A stretch of 64,000 nucleotides of DNA from Calditrichia bacterium (GCA_050633245.1 JBOEGD010000004.1:109866-173865); one strand, 5' to 3'. Shown: positions 1-10,750, numbered from the stretch's first letter. Notes: a model not told the origin generated them from the letters alone. Numbers and translations: made by a program.

Positions 1-1883
1 AACAACAAATCGTTCACAATAATATTTTTAAACGCAACGCTGTCGAATAAAACTGTCGCCAGATTATGCAGCGTGTAAAACCAGCCACGGGTTTGATCGA
101 CACCCTCTGAAATATAGTCCGCAGGAAAGCTCTTGTCGAACAGCTCTTTATTCTCGAAAGGATAATGAAGCTGTGCAAATGGCATTGCACCAGAGTCGAA
201 CCATACGTCGATAATCTCAGGCGTGCGTCGATATTCCTTTCCGTCTTTTATGAAGATAATCTTGTCTACAAAAGGACGATGCAGATCGAGCTCACCTTCC
301 GGTAGCTCACCAACCGGTGTTCGCTTCTCACCATCAAGATAGATGCCCTGATTTAGCTCTTCAATTGAGCCGATGCAGATGAGATCACCATCTTCTGAAA
401 CCCAGATTGGCAGCGGAGTGCCCCAATAGCGATCGCGGGAAAGAGACCATTCTTTGTTGTCTTCCAGCCAGTTGCCGAAGCGGCCTTTGCCGATCTCAGG
501 TGGCTGCCAGTTGATGGTGTTGTTCAGTTCAATCATGCGCTCGCGATAGGCAGGTGAGTTAATAAACCAGGCTTCCCGTGCATAATAGATAACCGGATTG
601 TCCGTACGCCAGCAGTGTGGATAGCTGTGCAGGTAATCGTTCGTAATGCGATAGGCCTTGCCCATCTTTTTCAGAGCAATGATAATATCTTTGTCCGCAC
701 CTTCTTCGGTATGCCCATCGGCATAGGTGAAGGTCTTAACAGTGCGTCCGGAAAACTCACCCATGCCGTCTTTAAATCGGCCACCAGGGGTAACAGTTAT
801 GTTGACCGGGAGATTATGCAGCTTGGACATTTCGTAGTCATCCTGACCGAAAGCGGGAGCCATATGAACAATTCCTGAGCCATCTGCGGTAGTCACAAAA
901 TTCCCGGGAAGAATAGTTAATACATTTGGGTGTTCAGAAGCCTTCAGATCGATGAAGTCAAAGATCTGTTCGTAGCACGTTCCAACAATCTCTTTGCCCT
1001 TTAACTCTTCCAGGATTTCATATTCACCATCCAGTGCGGAAAGTCTCTCCTTAGCCAGAACCAGATTCAACGTCTGCTCCTCTTTTCCCGCATTTGACTT
1101 CAATTCGCGTGTATTCTGCACGCGAACATAGTCGATTTCCTCGCCGACAGCGGCGGCTGTATTGGTAAGCAGCGTCCAGGGAGTCGTTGTCCAGATCAAA
1201 AGCTCACTTCCAACAAGCGACTCTTTTGGCGACGATAAGACCTTGACCTTCACGTAGGTATTCGGATCTTTAACGTCTTTATAACCGAGTGATAGTTCAT
1301 GCGAGCTAAGAGGCGTTTCAATTGTTGGAGACTGTGGCACAATACGAAAGCTCTTGTAGATGTAGCCCTTCTTGTAGATCTCGCTTATTGCCCACCAAAC
1401 GGATTCCACATACTCATTTTTGTAGGTGATATACGGATCATCCAAATCCAGCCAGTAGCCCATTCGGTCGGTCAGGCGACGCCAGCCATGTGACATCTCG
1501 ATATGCTCATCGACCAGTTCGCGACAGGCAGTATTGAATTTCTCAATACCAATTCCTTCAATCTCGTTCTTTTGTGTGAGGCCAAGCTTTTTCTCGACGG
1601 CGATCTCTACCGGAAGGCCGTGAGTATCCCATCCGGCTTTACGTGGCACCTGGAAGCCGGACATGCTTTTATACCGACAAATGACATCTTTTATGGTGCG
1701 ACCAAGCACGTGGTGAATACCCGGTTTTCCATTTGCAGTAGGCGGGCCTTCATAGAAAATATAGAGAGGGGCATCTTTACGCTGTTCAAGGCTCTTTTTA
1801 AATACATCTTCTTTTTGCCACAGTTTCAGCACATCCTCTTCCAATTTCGGGAGAGAAGGCTTACCGTCAAATTCTTTAAACAT
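1..1883 (-). CDS. ileS: Isoleucyl-tRNA synthetase (type 2), N-terminal part; runs off the window's left edge
   Basis: Manual minus-strand translation from ATG at 1883: MFKEFDGKPSLPKLEEDVLKLW...FYEGPPTANGKPGIHHV...GWDTHGLPVE; later WTTTPWTL and WSLSRDRYWGTPLPIW. Absent from the ORF track because it is open-ended. Confidence 0.97.
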   Translation of the reverse strand, partial: MFKEFDGKPSLPKLEEDVLKLWQKEDVFKKSLEQRKDAPLYIFYEGPPTANGKPGIHHVLGRTIKDVICRYKSMSGFQVPRKAGWDTHGLPVEIAVEKKLGLTQKNEIEGIGIEKFNTACRELVDEHIEMSHGWRRLTDRMGYWLDLDDPYITYKNEYVESVWWAISEIYKKGYIYKSFRIVPQSPTIETPLSSHELSLGYKDVKDPNTYVKVKVLSSPKESLVGSELLIWTTTPWTLLTNTAAAVGEEIDYVRVQNTRELKSNAGKEEQTLNLVLAKERLSALDGEYEILEELKGKEIVGTCYEQIFDFIDLKASEHPNVLTILPGNFVTTADGSGIVHMAPAFGQDDYEMSKLHNLPVNITVTPGGRFKDGMGEFSGRTVKTFTYADGHTEEGADKDIIIALKKMGKAYRITNDYLHSYPHCWRTDNPVIYYAREAWFINSPAYRERMIELNNTINWQPPEIGKGRFGNWLEDNKEWSLSRDRYWGTPLPIWVSEDGDLICIGSIEELNQGIYLDGEKRTPVGELPEGELDLHRPFVDKIIFIKDGKEYRRTPEIIDVWFDSGAMPFAQLHYPFENKELFDKSFPADYISEGVDQTRGWFYTLHNLATVLFDSVAFKNIIVNDLL

Positions 1884-1930
1884 ATCTGTTCCTGTAGGTT
1901 ACTGATTTCTCTGTAAGCGTTGGAATATTG

Positions 1931-2752
1931 TTACATCTTCTCAATTAGGCACTTCATCAGTCTGGTTAACTTGGGTTGTGCCGCCATCGCTGTTGCAATT
2001 ATATCGGCCACATCAACGGCTTCGAGCGCATCGGGAAAGCATTCGTCGGTAATTACCGAAATGCCAAAAACCTGCATATTCATATGGCGAGCGGCAATTA
2101 CTTCCGGGACTGTGGACATACCGACGACATCTGCACCGATGTTGCGAAGGAAGCGATATTCGGCTCGTGTTTCAAGACAGGGACCGGCGACTGCGACATA
2201 CACTCCTTTTTGCACCGGAATCTTTTCTTCCAGAGCGAGGCTTTCAGCAAGAGCGATCAGACGCTGGGAATACGGTTCTGACATGTCTGGAAAGCGTGGC
2301 CCAAGTCGTTCATCATTAACCCCGATGAGTGGGTTGTCGCCGAGTAGATTGATGTGATCATTCATGATCATCAAATCGCCTTTGCTGTAGATTGGGTTCA
2401 TACCGCCGCAGGCATTGGAAATAACCAGCGAGTGAACGCCGATATGTTTCATTAGCCGGATGGGGAAGACGATTTGTTGCATAGTGTAGCCTTCGTAATA
2501 GTGAAAGCGCCCCTGCATAGCAACTACATTTCGTCCACCCAGTTTGCCGAAGATGAGTTTTCCTTCGTGCGACTCTACGGTAGAGACTACAAAGTTAGGA
2601 ATTTTATCATACGTAATTTCAATTTCCGCTTCAATTTCTTCAGCAAGTTCACCGAGCCCGGTTCCCAGAACGATACCGATCTCCGGTTGAAAGTTGGTTT
2701 GAGTACGAATGTAGGCGACTGCCTGATCAATTTGCGTCATGATATCGCTCAT
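1931..2752 (-). CDS. punA: Purine nucleoside phosphorylase (trimeric PNP type)
   Basis: GIVLGTGLG, MQGRFHYYEG, GPCLETRAE and VGMSTVPEV motifs; start trimmed to MSDIM. Confidence 0.95.
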   Translation of the reverse strand: MSDIMTQIDQAVAYIRTQTNFQPEIGIVLGTGLGELAEEIEAEIEITYDKIPNFVVSTVESHEGKLIFGKLGGRNVVAMQGRFHYYEGYTMQQIVFPIRLMKHIGVHSLVISNACGGMNPIYSKGDLMIMNDHINLLGDNPLIGVNDERLGPRFPDMSEPYSQRLIALAESLALEEKIPVQKGVYVAVAGPCLETRAEYRFLRNIGADVVGMSTVPEVIAARHMNMQVFGISVITDECFPDALEAVDVADIIATAMAAQPKLTRLMKCLIEKM

Positions 2753-2903
2753 GATAATTCCTCTGTTCGTTAATGCGGTGTAGGGTAAAGGCATTTATAG
2801 CTATGTAAAGACCGCGATAAGACAACAGCGAGTGGCCGATTAATGAGCGCTATTGTTTTATCGCGGTCGCGACAGAATAAGGAAATACAATGTTTTCGTA
2901 TTA

Positions 2904-3566
2904 TTACTGACCGTCGCTGTTTTCCTTCTTGTCCTTCAACTTTTTCATCAAAGACTCTTTTTCCTGCTTAAGTTCTTTCAAGCGTCCTTGTTCTTCAACG
3001 CGTGCAGCTTCGAGTCCATCTTCATGTTGACGAAGAAAACGGACTTTCGCAAGAGCATCATAATTATCGCGCTTTATTCCTCGTGATGCAAAATAAATAC
3101 TGCCAACTACAGCGCCGAGTCCACCGGTGAAAAACGGCGGCGGGTTATCCACTGCATACCAAACGGGAAGTCCTACGGCAATTCCTGCCAGTCCACTGAT
3201 GGCTGCGCCACCGAAGGCATATACCCAGGAGTTTCGACCGGTGCGATACTTTTTAATCTCGGCATCGGTAATCTCATTGGCTTGATAATCGAAATGCTTG
3301 TCAGATTGTTCTATACGAGCAATATCGCTATGATTGAGCTTGTGTTCAAGATGATCCTGTGAAGAAACCATCGTAATTGTCTGCTGTTCGTGGCCAATGA
3401 CGAGACCTTCCATGATATCACCACTCTTCAAAAATACGCGTACCGACTGATCTGCAGCAATTTTTTCAGGTGTAACAATACGTGAGCCGCTGCAATTTGT
3501 TAGCAGTAAGACCACAAAGATGGCTAACATACCTTTTGCCATAATACTTAGAACATCCTTTTTCAT
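2904..3566 (-). CDS. Hypothetical lipoprotein with Gly-rich hydrophobic hairpin and C-terminal coiled coil
   Basis: Signal peptide with lipobox LTNC; overlaps the divIVA stop by 4 bp. Confidence 0.75.
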   Translation of the reverse strand: MKKDVLSIMAKGMLAIFVVLLLTNCSGSRIVTPEKIAADQSVRVFLKSGDIMEGLVIGHEQQTITMVSSQDHLEHKLNHSDIARIEQSDKHFDYQANEITDAEIKKYRTGRNSWVYAFGGAAISGLAGIAVGLPVWYAVDNPPPFFTGGLGAVVGSIYFASRGIKRDNYDALAKVRFLRQHEDGLEAARVEEQGRLKELKQEKESLMKKLKDKKENSDGQ

Positions 3567-4348
3567 TTGTCGGGCTCTTTCTTGTTTAATGTTTTAATCA
3601 AATCGTCGATTTGTATGCCTTTTTTAAAGAATTCATTAATATCGTCTTCGGATAAAGATGCAGTACCAGTAGTTTTTTCTTCTTGTCCTGTGTCGCTTTT
3701 TTCGTCAGTTGATTTGCGATTTCTTGCGGGTGGAGGTGTCTCTTTTTCTCTCTGCACGCCCTCTTCCGGCTCCGGAGCCGGGCGATGGATAATATTTCCG
3801 GAGCCGGATCTACCTGATTCTTCGGTATCTCCGGTATCACTGCTAAGCTTGCGTTTGGCTTTTTGAACCACAAATTCGCGTTGATCATCGCTGACAAGAT
3901 CATCGATCTCCATGACCGACAAGAGCTCAATTTGAGAAGAAAGAATGTGGCGGAGTCGATTAATAAAAGACTCTTTCTGAGTTTTTAACCAGCCAATTTC
4001 TTCTTTAATACTGCGTGCTTCCTTGCGGGTATTTTCAAGAATCTCAAGGGCTTTCAGCTCTGCTTCCTTCACAGTGAGATCTGCCTGGCGCTTGCTGCTT
4101 TCTTCAGACTGCTTTTTTACTTCCTGAAGATTGACGAGTGTTTCCCGCAGCGTTTTTTCGTTCCTTTGATAATCCGACAGCTTGGTTTCAAGCTCGATTA
4201 TCCGATTGCTCTGATTCTTATTCGTCTCGGTAAGCTGTTCGTACTGCTCGGCAACCATTTCTAGAAAGGTTTGAACCTCAACGGGATCAAAACCTCGCAT
4301 GGCCTTGCGAAACTCCTGCTTCCGGATTTCTAATGGCGTTAGTTTCAA
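3563..4348 (-). CDS. divIVA: DivIVA domain protein
   Basis: N-terminus LTPLEIRKQEFRKAMRGFDPVEVQTFL, then coiled coil and a low-complexity tail. Confidence 0.9.
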   Translation of the reverse strand: MKLTPLEIRKQEFRKAMRGFDPVEVQTFLEMVAEQYEQLTETNKNQSNRIIELETKLSDYQRNEKTLRETLVNLQEVKKQSEESSKRQADLTVKEAELKALEILENTRKEARSIKEEIGWLKTQKESFINRLRHILSSQIELLSVMEIDDLVSDDQREFVVQKAKRKLSSDTGDTEESGRSGSGNIIHRPAPEPEEGVQREKETPPPARNRKSTDEKSDTGQEEKTTGTASLSEDDINEFFKKGIQIDDLIKTLNKKEPDK

Positions 4349-4395
4349 AAGAATGCTCCTTTAAAATGCCAGATCGTGTTTCAAATGGACTGTCT

Positions 4396-5082
4396 TTAGC
4401 GTTTGCCAAACAGGGCTGATCCTATTCGAACCATGTTTGCGCCTTCTTCAATAGCTACCTGGAAATCGCCGGACATGCCCATCGACAGAGTCTTAATATC
4501 GGCATGGTTCAGTTCGAACGTCCCGGCTTCATCATATAGTTCTTTTAATAAACGAAAGCAAGGTCGCACTCGTTCCTTATCTTCGGAATAAATGGCGATT
4601 GTCATAAATCCCTGCACATTTAGATTCGGCAGACGGTCAATTGCTTTTAACAGCGTTAGTGCACTTCCGGGATCACAACCGATTTTCTGCGGCTCACCGC
4701 TGGTATTTACTTCAATTAGCACCGGCATCTGGCGGTTCAGCTTGGCGCAACGTGCGTGAATCTCTTCAGCTAAGGCAATATTGTCGACAGATTGAATCAT
4801 GTCAAACAACTTTACCGCATACTTTACTTTATTGCGTTGGAGATGGCCGATAAAGTGCTTTTTCACCGGTCTGTCTATTGCATCGCTTTTATCACGAAAT
4901 TCCTGAATGCGGTTTTCACCAATATGCTCAACACCGGCATCAATTGCGGCGTTGATGACTTCTGCGTCAAAGGTTTTGCTGACGCCAATAAGCGTAACGC
5001 TGTTTTTCGCTAATCCGCTCTTAACTTCGGCTTCGCGAATTTGCTTATTTATTGAGTTTAAATTTTCTGTCAGATACTGCAT
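4396..5082 (-). CDS. yggS: PLP homeostasis protein YggS/PLPBP
   Basis: VSKT, GENRIQE, HFIGHLQRNK, LSMGMSGDF, VRIGSALFG. Confidence 0.97.
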   Translation of the reverse strand: MQYLTENLNSINKQIREAEVKSGLAKNSVTLIGVSKTFDAEVINAAIDAGVEHIGENRIQEFRDKSDAIDRPVKKHFIGHLQRNKVKYAVKLFDMIQSVDNIALAEEIHARCAKLNRQMPVLIEVNTSGEPQKIGCDPGSALTLLKAIDRLPNLNVQGFMTIAIYSEDKERVRPCFRLLKELYDEAGTFELNHADIKTLSMGMSGDFQVAIEEGANMVRIGSALFGKR

Positions 5083-5116
5083 AAAATGGCGTTCTCCCTA
5101 CCCCTGAAAATGCTAT

Positions 5117-5434
5117 TTACTGCTCGTTGGATTGCTGGAAGCCAAATGGCTTTCCCTGCTGTTGATTTGGTAGCTTAATTTCACCATTTTGTTCTTCAAA
5201 TTTTTTAATGTCATTGTCCAAAGTATGTAGCAGAGCCTTGGCATGCTGGGGTGTTAAGATAATTCTCGCATACACTTTTGCCTTTGGCACACCTGGAAGA
5301 AGACGGGTAAAGTCTACTACAAATTCTGCCTGAGAATGGCTGATTATTGCCAGATTGCTATAGATGCCTTCGGCTTGCTCAGGGGGTAATTCGACATTTA
5401 TTTGCTGCTTCGGACCCTGATTGGAATTGCTCAT
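5117..5434 (-). CDS. DUF3467 family protein
   Basis: GIYSNLAIISHSQAEFVVDF...ARIILTPQHAKAL. Confidence 0.85.
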   Translation of the reverse strand: MSNSNQGPKQQINVELPPEQAEGIYSNLAIISHSQAEFVVDFTRLLPGVPKAKVYARIILTPQHAKALLHTLDNDIKKFEEQNGEIKLPNQQQGKPFGFQQSNEQ

Positions 5435-5609
5435 CAATTTTCCTTCTGTTAATCGTATATTGCCTTGCAGCAAGAAGTGCTGTACATTCAGCCTTTAACT
5501 GCGGCAAAATATAGTGTGAAAGCCCGCTGATTGCAAGCGATTGTATTTGCTGTAGAAATGAAATGAAGCAGTTTTTTCCAGTTCTTTGTTCAAACTCAGG
5601 AAGAGAAAT

Positions 5610-7436
5610 TTGGCACCTATACCCGAACATATAATCGACCGGATTCGCGATGCTGTAAACATTGTTGATGTTGTCAGTCGTTATGTGTCCCTCAAGAAAA
5701 GGGGGCGCAATTATACCGGTTTATGTCCATTCCATCAGGAAAAAACACCCTCATTCTCTGTCAATCCCGAAAAACAGATATTTCACTGCTTCGGCTGTGG
5801 CGTCGGTGGAAACGTATTCTCCTTTCTCATGCAGCATGAAAGGCTAAATTTTGTAGACTCTGTAAAGCAGCTTTCTGAGGAAACCGGAATTGAGATCCCT
5901 GTTTCAAAAGAGTTTAAGAAGCAGGAAAGTGAACGAGATCGCTTTTTTCGCTGTAATCTGGCAGCGCAGCGGTTTTATCAACAAAAACTCCCTGAAGCGC
6001 CTGCGTCATTACGCACCTATTTGCAAGGTCGCGGATTGAATGATGAATCGATGCAAAACTTCTTAATTGGTTATGCTCCCGAGGGTTGGGATAATCTGCG
6101 CAAAGCGATAGAAGCTGGCAAAGGCAAACTCGAGGATTACCAGACGCTCGGTCTGCTACTCTTGAGTGAAAAGAAAAATTCCGTTTACGATCGTTTTCGC
6201 AATCGACTGATGTTTCCGATACAGGATGCCGCAGGCAAAATTCTTGGCTTTGGTGGAAGAGCACTGGTCGATGAGCCCGGATCTCCCAAATACATCAACT
6301 CTCCGGAATCCCCGATTTATCAGAAGAGCCGGGTGCTGTATGGCATCAACCGCTCAAAAGATGCGATTCGGGAAGCCGAGCGAGTTCTGGTTGTTGAAGG
6401 ATACATGGATGTGATTCAACTGCATCAGGCTGGAATCCGCAATGTCGTGGCGACGAGTGGAACGGCGCTTACTGAGGATCATGCTGCGATTCTGCGTCGC
6501 TATGCAAAAGACGTAACGCTTTGCTACGACGCCGATAAGGCCGGAATCAAAGCTGCTGTACGCGGTGGTGAAACCATGTTTCAACAGGATTTAAACGTAT
6601 CGGTTCTGATTCTGCCGGAAGGGGAAGATCCCGACAGCTATGTGAAAGAGCATGGCGCGGAATCATTTAAGACCTTACTTGCTGAAGCGCAGGATTACTG
6701 GGATTTTCGTCTTTCCAGTTTGCAGCATAGTTTCGACATGCAGCATGCAGGTGGACGTTCGGAAGCTGTTTCCGAAATTCTGAGCGTGTTGGCTTCACTT
6801 AAAGATCAGGTAAAAGCCGGGTTTTATGTAGAACGGAGCGCAAGCGCTCTTGGAATTGGTGAGGATATTCTGTTTAGCGAACTCAAAAAGAAACGCAGTG
6901 CCGCGGCACGCAGACAAGCCTTCAGAATTGAAGAACCGCCTCCGCCGAGTGAACCCAAGCCATCCGGAAAAGATGCTCCTCTTGCTTTTACCGGTGCATG
7001 GGGAGGAGAAAAAGACGTCATTTTGCTTCTAATCAACTTTTATAAAGATATTCATGAATACGTCTATACACATCTGTCTTCAGAGGACTTCCTAAACGAA
7101 GAATTTCGCATGCTTTTTGAACAGGTTCGTCAGTTAGCGAGTTCAGACAACGTGATGCATCACGTGCTTGAAAATATCACTTCTAAACCTTTGCGAGAAT
7201 TATTTGTGCATGAGATGGAGCATACCAACAGTCAGTTTAACAAGCCGTCGCTTTATTTGCAAGACTGCATCAAACAGCTAAAGATTCAGCGCTATCGGGC
7301 GGAGGGTGAGCGTGCAAAGATGCGCTTGAAGGAAATGGCACCTGAGGATGAACAGTATATGGATATTTTGCAGCAGTTACATGTCTCGAATACCCAGCTC
7401 AAAAAATGGCGGGATGTGGAATCGACCCGGGAGTGA
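5610..7436 (+). CDS. dnaG: DNA primase
   Basis: CHC2 zinc finger (CPFHQEKTPSF, HCFGC), KYINSPES, TOPRIM VVEGYMD and YDADKAG; start approximate (TTG 5610). Confidence 0.97.
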   Translation: MAPIPEHIIDRIRDAVNIVDVVSRYVSLKKRGRNYTGLCPFHQEKTPSFSVNPEKQIFHCFGCGVGGNVFSFLMQHERLNFVDSVKQLSEETGIEIPVSKEFKKQESERDRFFRCNLAAQRFYQQKLPEAPASLRTYLQGRGLNDESMQNFLIGYAPEGWDNLRKAIEAGKGKLEDYQTLGLLLLSEKKNSVYDRFRNRLMFPIQDAAGKILGFGGRALVDEPGSPKYINSPESPIYQKSRVLYGINRSKDAIREAERVLVVEGYMDVIQLHQAGIRNVVATSGTALTEDHAAILRRYAKDVTLCYDADKAGIKAAVRGGETMFQQDLNVSVLILPEGEDPDSYVKEHGAESFKTLLAEAQDYWDFRLSSLQHSFDMQHAGGRSEAVSEILSVLASLKDQVKAGFYVERSASALGIGEDILFSELKKKRSAAARRQAFRIEEPPPPSEPKPSGKDAPLAFTGAWGGEKDVILLLINFYKDIHEYVYTHLSSEDFLNEEFRMLFEQVRQLASSDNVMHHVLENITSKPLRELFVHEMEHTNSQFNKPSLYLQDCIKQLKIQRYRAEGERAKMRLKEMAPEDEQYMDILQQLHVSNTQLKKWRDVESTRE

Positions 7437-7563
7437 GGCAGAAGGCAGACGGGATAAAAGATGCGCAAAGAAACCGTTAAGATGCAATGCTTCGCATCTC
7501 CAGACAACGGCGCAGGCAAGTGAAGAACAGTACGAACAATGGTAAACATTTACAGGACAAAGA

Positions 7564-8031
7564 ATGAACAAGACACAGGTTTTTCAGAGCGCTTGTAAAG
7601 CGGTAGAGAATATAATTGAAGAAAATCGGGAGCGTGATAGTGCGCTACTTAAAATTTGCGAGGTGCTGCACGAGAAAATAGATTATTACGATTGGGTCGG
7701 CTTTTATCTTGTCGATCCCAATGCTGATCGTGAATTGGTGCTGGGCCCCTATGTAGGAGAAGCAACCGATCATACGCGCATTTCATTTGGGCAGGGGATT
7801 TGCGGACAGGCAGCAGAAACTGAGGAAACGTTTGTTATTCAGGACGTTTCCAAGGAAGATAATTATCTGGCTTGTGGTCTGAGTGTAAAGTCGGAAATTG
7901 TGGTGCCTGTGTTTAAAGATGGTCAGGTTGTGGCCGAGCTGGATATCGATTCAAGTGTGCTTGAGCCTTTTTCTGAGGAAGATAGGGTGGCAATGGAGAA
8001 GATCGCGAAGCTGGCCAGTGTACTTTTTTAG
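7564..8031 (+). CDS. msrC: GAF-domain protein, free methionine-R-sulfoxide reductase-like
   Basis: DWVGFY, GQGICG, YLAC, SEIVVP, ELDIDS. Confidence 0.8.
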   Translation: MNKTQVFQSACKAVENIIEENRERDSALLKICEVLHEKIDYYDWVGFYLVDPNADRELVLGPYVGEATDHTRISFGQGICGQAAETEETFVIQDVSKEDNYLACGLSVKSEIVVPVFKDGQVVAELDIDSSVLEPFSEEDRVAMEKIAKLASVLF

Positions 8032-8043
8032 CAGCAAAAAGAA

Positions 8044-8072
8044 AGGCGATTTCACTATGGGTGAAATCGCCT
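8044..8072. terminator. Bidirectional intrinsic terminator
   Basis: Perfect 12-bp stem AGGCGATTTCAC-TATGG-GTGAAATCGCCT between convergent genes, with an A-tract on the left. Confidence 0.8.
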
Positions 8073-8098
8073 GACCAAGTTTTACATGGATGACCTGC

Positions 8099-8698
8099 TT
8101 AGAAACGTTTTGCTACAGCATTCCAATCCACAACATTCCAGAATGCCTCAATGTAGGCCGGACGACGATTCTGGTAGTTCAAATAATATGCGTGCTCCCA
8201 TACATCCAGCCCCAGTAGCGGATAGTCGCCGTCGGTTATCGGATTGTCCTGATTCGGTGTAGATGTAACAGCAACAGATCCGTCTGATTTGCGAACCAGC
8301 CAGGCCCAGCCGCTGCCAAAGCGTGTCGCAGCAGCTGCTGCAAAAGCTTCTTTGAAGGCATCAAAGCTGCCAAACGCATCATTTATGGCGTTTGCGAGAG
8401 AACCGGAAGGCTCACCTCCACCATCGGCACTCATTGTTGCCCAGAAAATAGTGTGGTTATAGTGCCCACCACCATTATTGCGAACACCACCCTTAGCGGA
8501 TTCCGGCAGATCGTTTAGAGACTTCAGTAAATCTTCAATGCTTTTTCCTGCAAGCTCAGTATGGCCTTCAAGTGCAGCATTTAGTTTTTTTACATAGCCA
8601 CCGTGGTGTAAGTCGTGGTGGATGGTCATGGTGCGCTCATCAATATGAGGCTCCAAAGCATTATATGCATATGGCAGATCAGGTAGTTCAAAAGCCAT
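8099..8698 (-). CDS. sodA: Superoxide dismutase, Mn-type
   Basis: [41 protein letters not shown]. Confidence 0.95.
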   Translation of the reverse strand: MAFELPDLPYAYNALEPHIDERTMTIHHDLHHGGYVKKLNAALEGHTELAGKSIEDLLKSLNDLPESAKGGVRNNGGGHYNHTIFWATMSADGGGEPSGSLANAINDAFGSFDAFKEAFAAAAATRFGSGWAWLVRKSDGSVAVTSTPNQDNPITDGDYPLLGLDVWEHAYYLNYQNRRPAYIEAFWNVVDWNAVAKRF

Positions 8699-8756
8699 TC
8701 TTTGCTCCTTTGTTTGTAGTGTTAGGCGTGAGTTACTATCACTTTTCAGACAAATA

Positions 8757-8832
8757 AAATACTCCGAGGCTCTAGGGGTTGTCAAGCGCAAAAAGAAAAC
8801 ATCTTGACTGCCTTAATGGCAAAGTGTAATAT
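8757..8832. promoter_or_regulatory. Back-to-back sigma70-type promoters for sodA and tpx
   Basis: + strand TTGACT(8804)-17-TAATAT(8827); - strand TTGACA(8785) with a TATTTT-like -10 at 18-bp spacing. Confidence 0.5.
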
Positions 8833-8904
8833 TGGGCTTGGATAGAATCGAAGAGAATAATTTTAAATATTTAGCCCCTATTTTTACTGCAAAGGAGAAG
8901 TGAA

Positions 8905-9417
8905 ATGAGCATGAACCGTACTGTTACGATGGGTGGAAACCCGATGAATCTAAGTGGTGATGGTCTTGGCGTAGGCAGCAAGGCACCGGACTTTACACTG
9001 GTTGGACTGGATATGAAGCCGAAAACTCTCTCTGACTTTAGCGGAAAGGTCTGTATAATCAGCACTGTTCCGTCACTCGATACTGGTGTTTGTGATACGG
9101 AAACACGCCGTTTTAATGTGTTGGCTGGTGAATTGAGTGATGATATTGAGATTCTTACCGTAAGTGTCGACCTGCCCTTTGCTCAAAAACGATGGTGTGG
9201 GGCCAGCGGCGTAGACAAGGTGACGATGTTGTCTGACCACATGACTGTCGACTTTGGAAAAAACTATGGTGTTCTGGTAACGGATTTGCGCATTCTTGCA
9301 CGCTGTGTGTTTGTTGTAGATAGAGAAGGCGTTATTCGCTATACGCAACTGGTGCCGGAAATCGCTCAGGAACCGGATTATGATCCGATTATCGCAGCAG
9401 CAAAAGAGCTTCTTTAG
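8905..9417 (+). CDS. tpx: Thiol peroxidase (atypical 2-Cys peroxiredoxin)
   Basis: VPSLDTGVCD, SVDLPFAQKRWC, EPDY. Confidence 0.95.
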   Translation: MSMNRTVTMGGNPMNLSGDGLGVGSKAPDFTLVGLDMKPKTLSDFSGKVCIISTVPSLDTGVCDTETRRFNVLAGELSDDIEILTVSVDLPFAQKRWCGASGVDKVTMLSDHMTVDFGKNYGVLVTDLRILARCVFVVDREGVIRYTQLVPEIAQEPDYDPIIAAAKELL

Positions 9418-9506
9418 AATTACGTGCGGAGAACAGAAAGTTTGAAGGTCTCATTCTTTTTGTTCTCTGTCCCTGAAACCTTTCTTCAAAAAATGTGCTG
9501 AATACA

Positions 9507-10739
9507 ATGGAAATAGCAATTGACATTCTTGTGGAGATCTGGAATCTTACCCTCGAGATGGCCCCGTATTTAATATTGGGCTTTCTTGTGGCCGGATTCT
9601 TAAGCCTCGTGCTGCCGCGAGACAAGGTTGCTGCGCATCTGTCCGGCAACTCGGTCGGTTCAGTAGCCAAAGCCGCAGTGCTTGGAATGCCGCTTCCGCT
9701 TTGTTCCTGCGGTGTTATTCCTGTTACAGCCCACTTGGAAAAGCAGGGAGCCAGCCGTGGTTCGGTGCTTTCCTTCCTGATTTCGACACCTACCAGCGGC
9801 GTAGATTCTATTTTGGCCACCTATGCACTTTTGGGACCCTTACTTGCAATAATGCGTCCGATTGCCTCCCTGGTCAGCGGTTTCTTTACCGGAATATTGC
9901 AGATTCGAGTCCATGCTGATAAGCAAGATCATGCAGCGCAGCAAGCAGAGCCTGAGGAAGTAGACAATCGAACGACAACGGAGAAAATTGTGGCAGCCAT
10001 TCGTTATGGTTTAGACGACTTAGTTGCCGACACCGCAAAATGGTTGATTATCGGACTGATTGCCGGTGGAGTTCTTAGCTACGTTTTGCCTGCAACTCTC
10101 GCTGGCAGCTATTTAGCAGATCCGTGGATAAGCTATCCTCTAATGTTGTTGGTTGGCATACCCATGTATGTTTGTGCAACCGGTTCCATTCCAATTGCTG
10201 CTTCAATGATTTTCAACGGAATGTCTCCGGGAGCCGGATTCATATTCCTCTTCGCCGGCCCGGCGAGTAACACTGCTACGCTGTCTTTTGTATGGGGAAA
10301 ACTTGGCAAAAAAACACTTGTGCTCTACCTCGGCTCAATTATCGTATGGTCGCTCTTTTTTGGATTGGTTATAGATGTAATTTGGGAATTGTCTGGTAAG
10401 AGCTTTGCACTGCTCGGACATCAGCACGACCTGCTTCCGGCATGGTTGAAAATCCCGAGTGCGATTTTGCTGATAGCGCTTCTTGTTCGCGTTTATCTCC
10501 CGAAAAAAACGCAGGTTATTAACGATAGCAACAGTGAATTTATGGTGGAAGATATGAATTGCGAGCACTGCCGTAAAACGATTAGTGCAGCACTAACTTC
10601 CGTAGAAGGTATTACTGAATTCGCAGTAGATTTGGATAAGAAATCCGTTTCCATCGCAGGCTCAGTGAAGCCGGAAACGGTTATTGCAGCGATTCGTGGC
10701 GCAGGATACTCTGTTTGCGATGCGGTTGATCCATATTAA
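9507..10739 (+). CDS. DUF318/ArsP-type (SO_0444-like) heavy-metal permease with C-terminal HMA domain
   Basis: PLPLCSCGVIP and PMYVCATGSIP repeats, multiple TM segments, C-terminal MNCEHC. Confidence 0.85.
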   Translation: MEIAIDILVEIWNLTLEMAPYLILGFLVAGFLSLVLPRDKVAAHLSGNSVGSVAKAAVLGMPLPLCSCGVIPVTAHLEKQGASRGSVLSFLISTPTSGVDSILATYALLGPLLAIMRPIASLVSGFFTGILQIRVHADKQDHAAQQAEPEEVDNRTTTEKIVAAIRYGLDDLVADTAKWLIIGLIAGGVLSYVLPATLAGSYLADPWISYPLMLLVGIPMYVCATGSIPIAASMIFNGMSPGAGFIFLFAGPASNTATLSFVWGKLGKKTLVLYLGSIIVWSLFFGLVIDVIWELSGKSFALLGHQHDLLPAWLKIPSAILLIALLVRVYLPKKTQVINDSNSEFMVEDMNCEHCRKTISAALTSVEGITEFAVDLDKKSVSIAGSVKPETVIAAIRGAGYSVCDAVDPY

Positions 10740-10750
10740 AAGGAGTATTC

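Noticed and set aside
615-2773. Plus-strand ORFs such as 615..878, 1503..1916 and 1920..2357
   Set aside because: Antisense shadows of ileS and PNP with no recognisable motifs.
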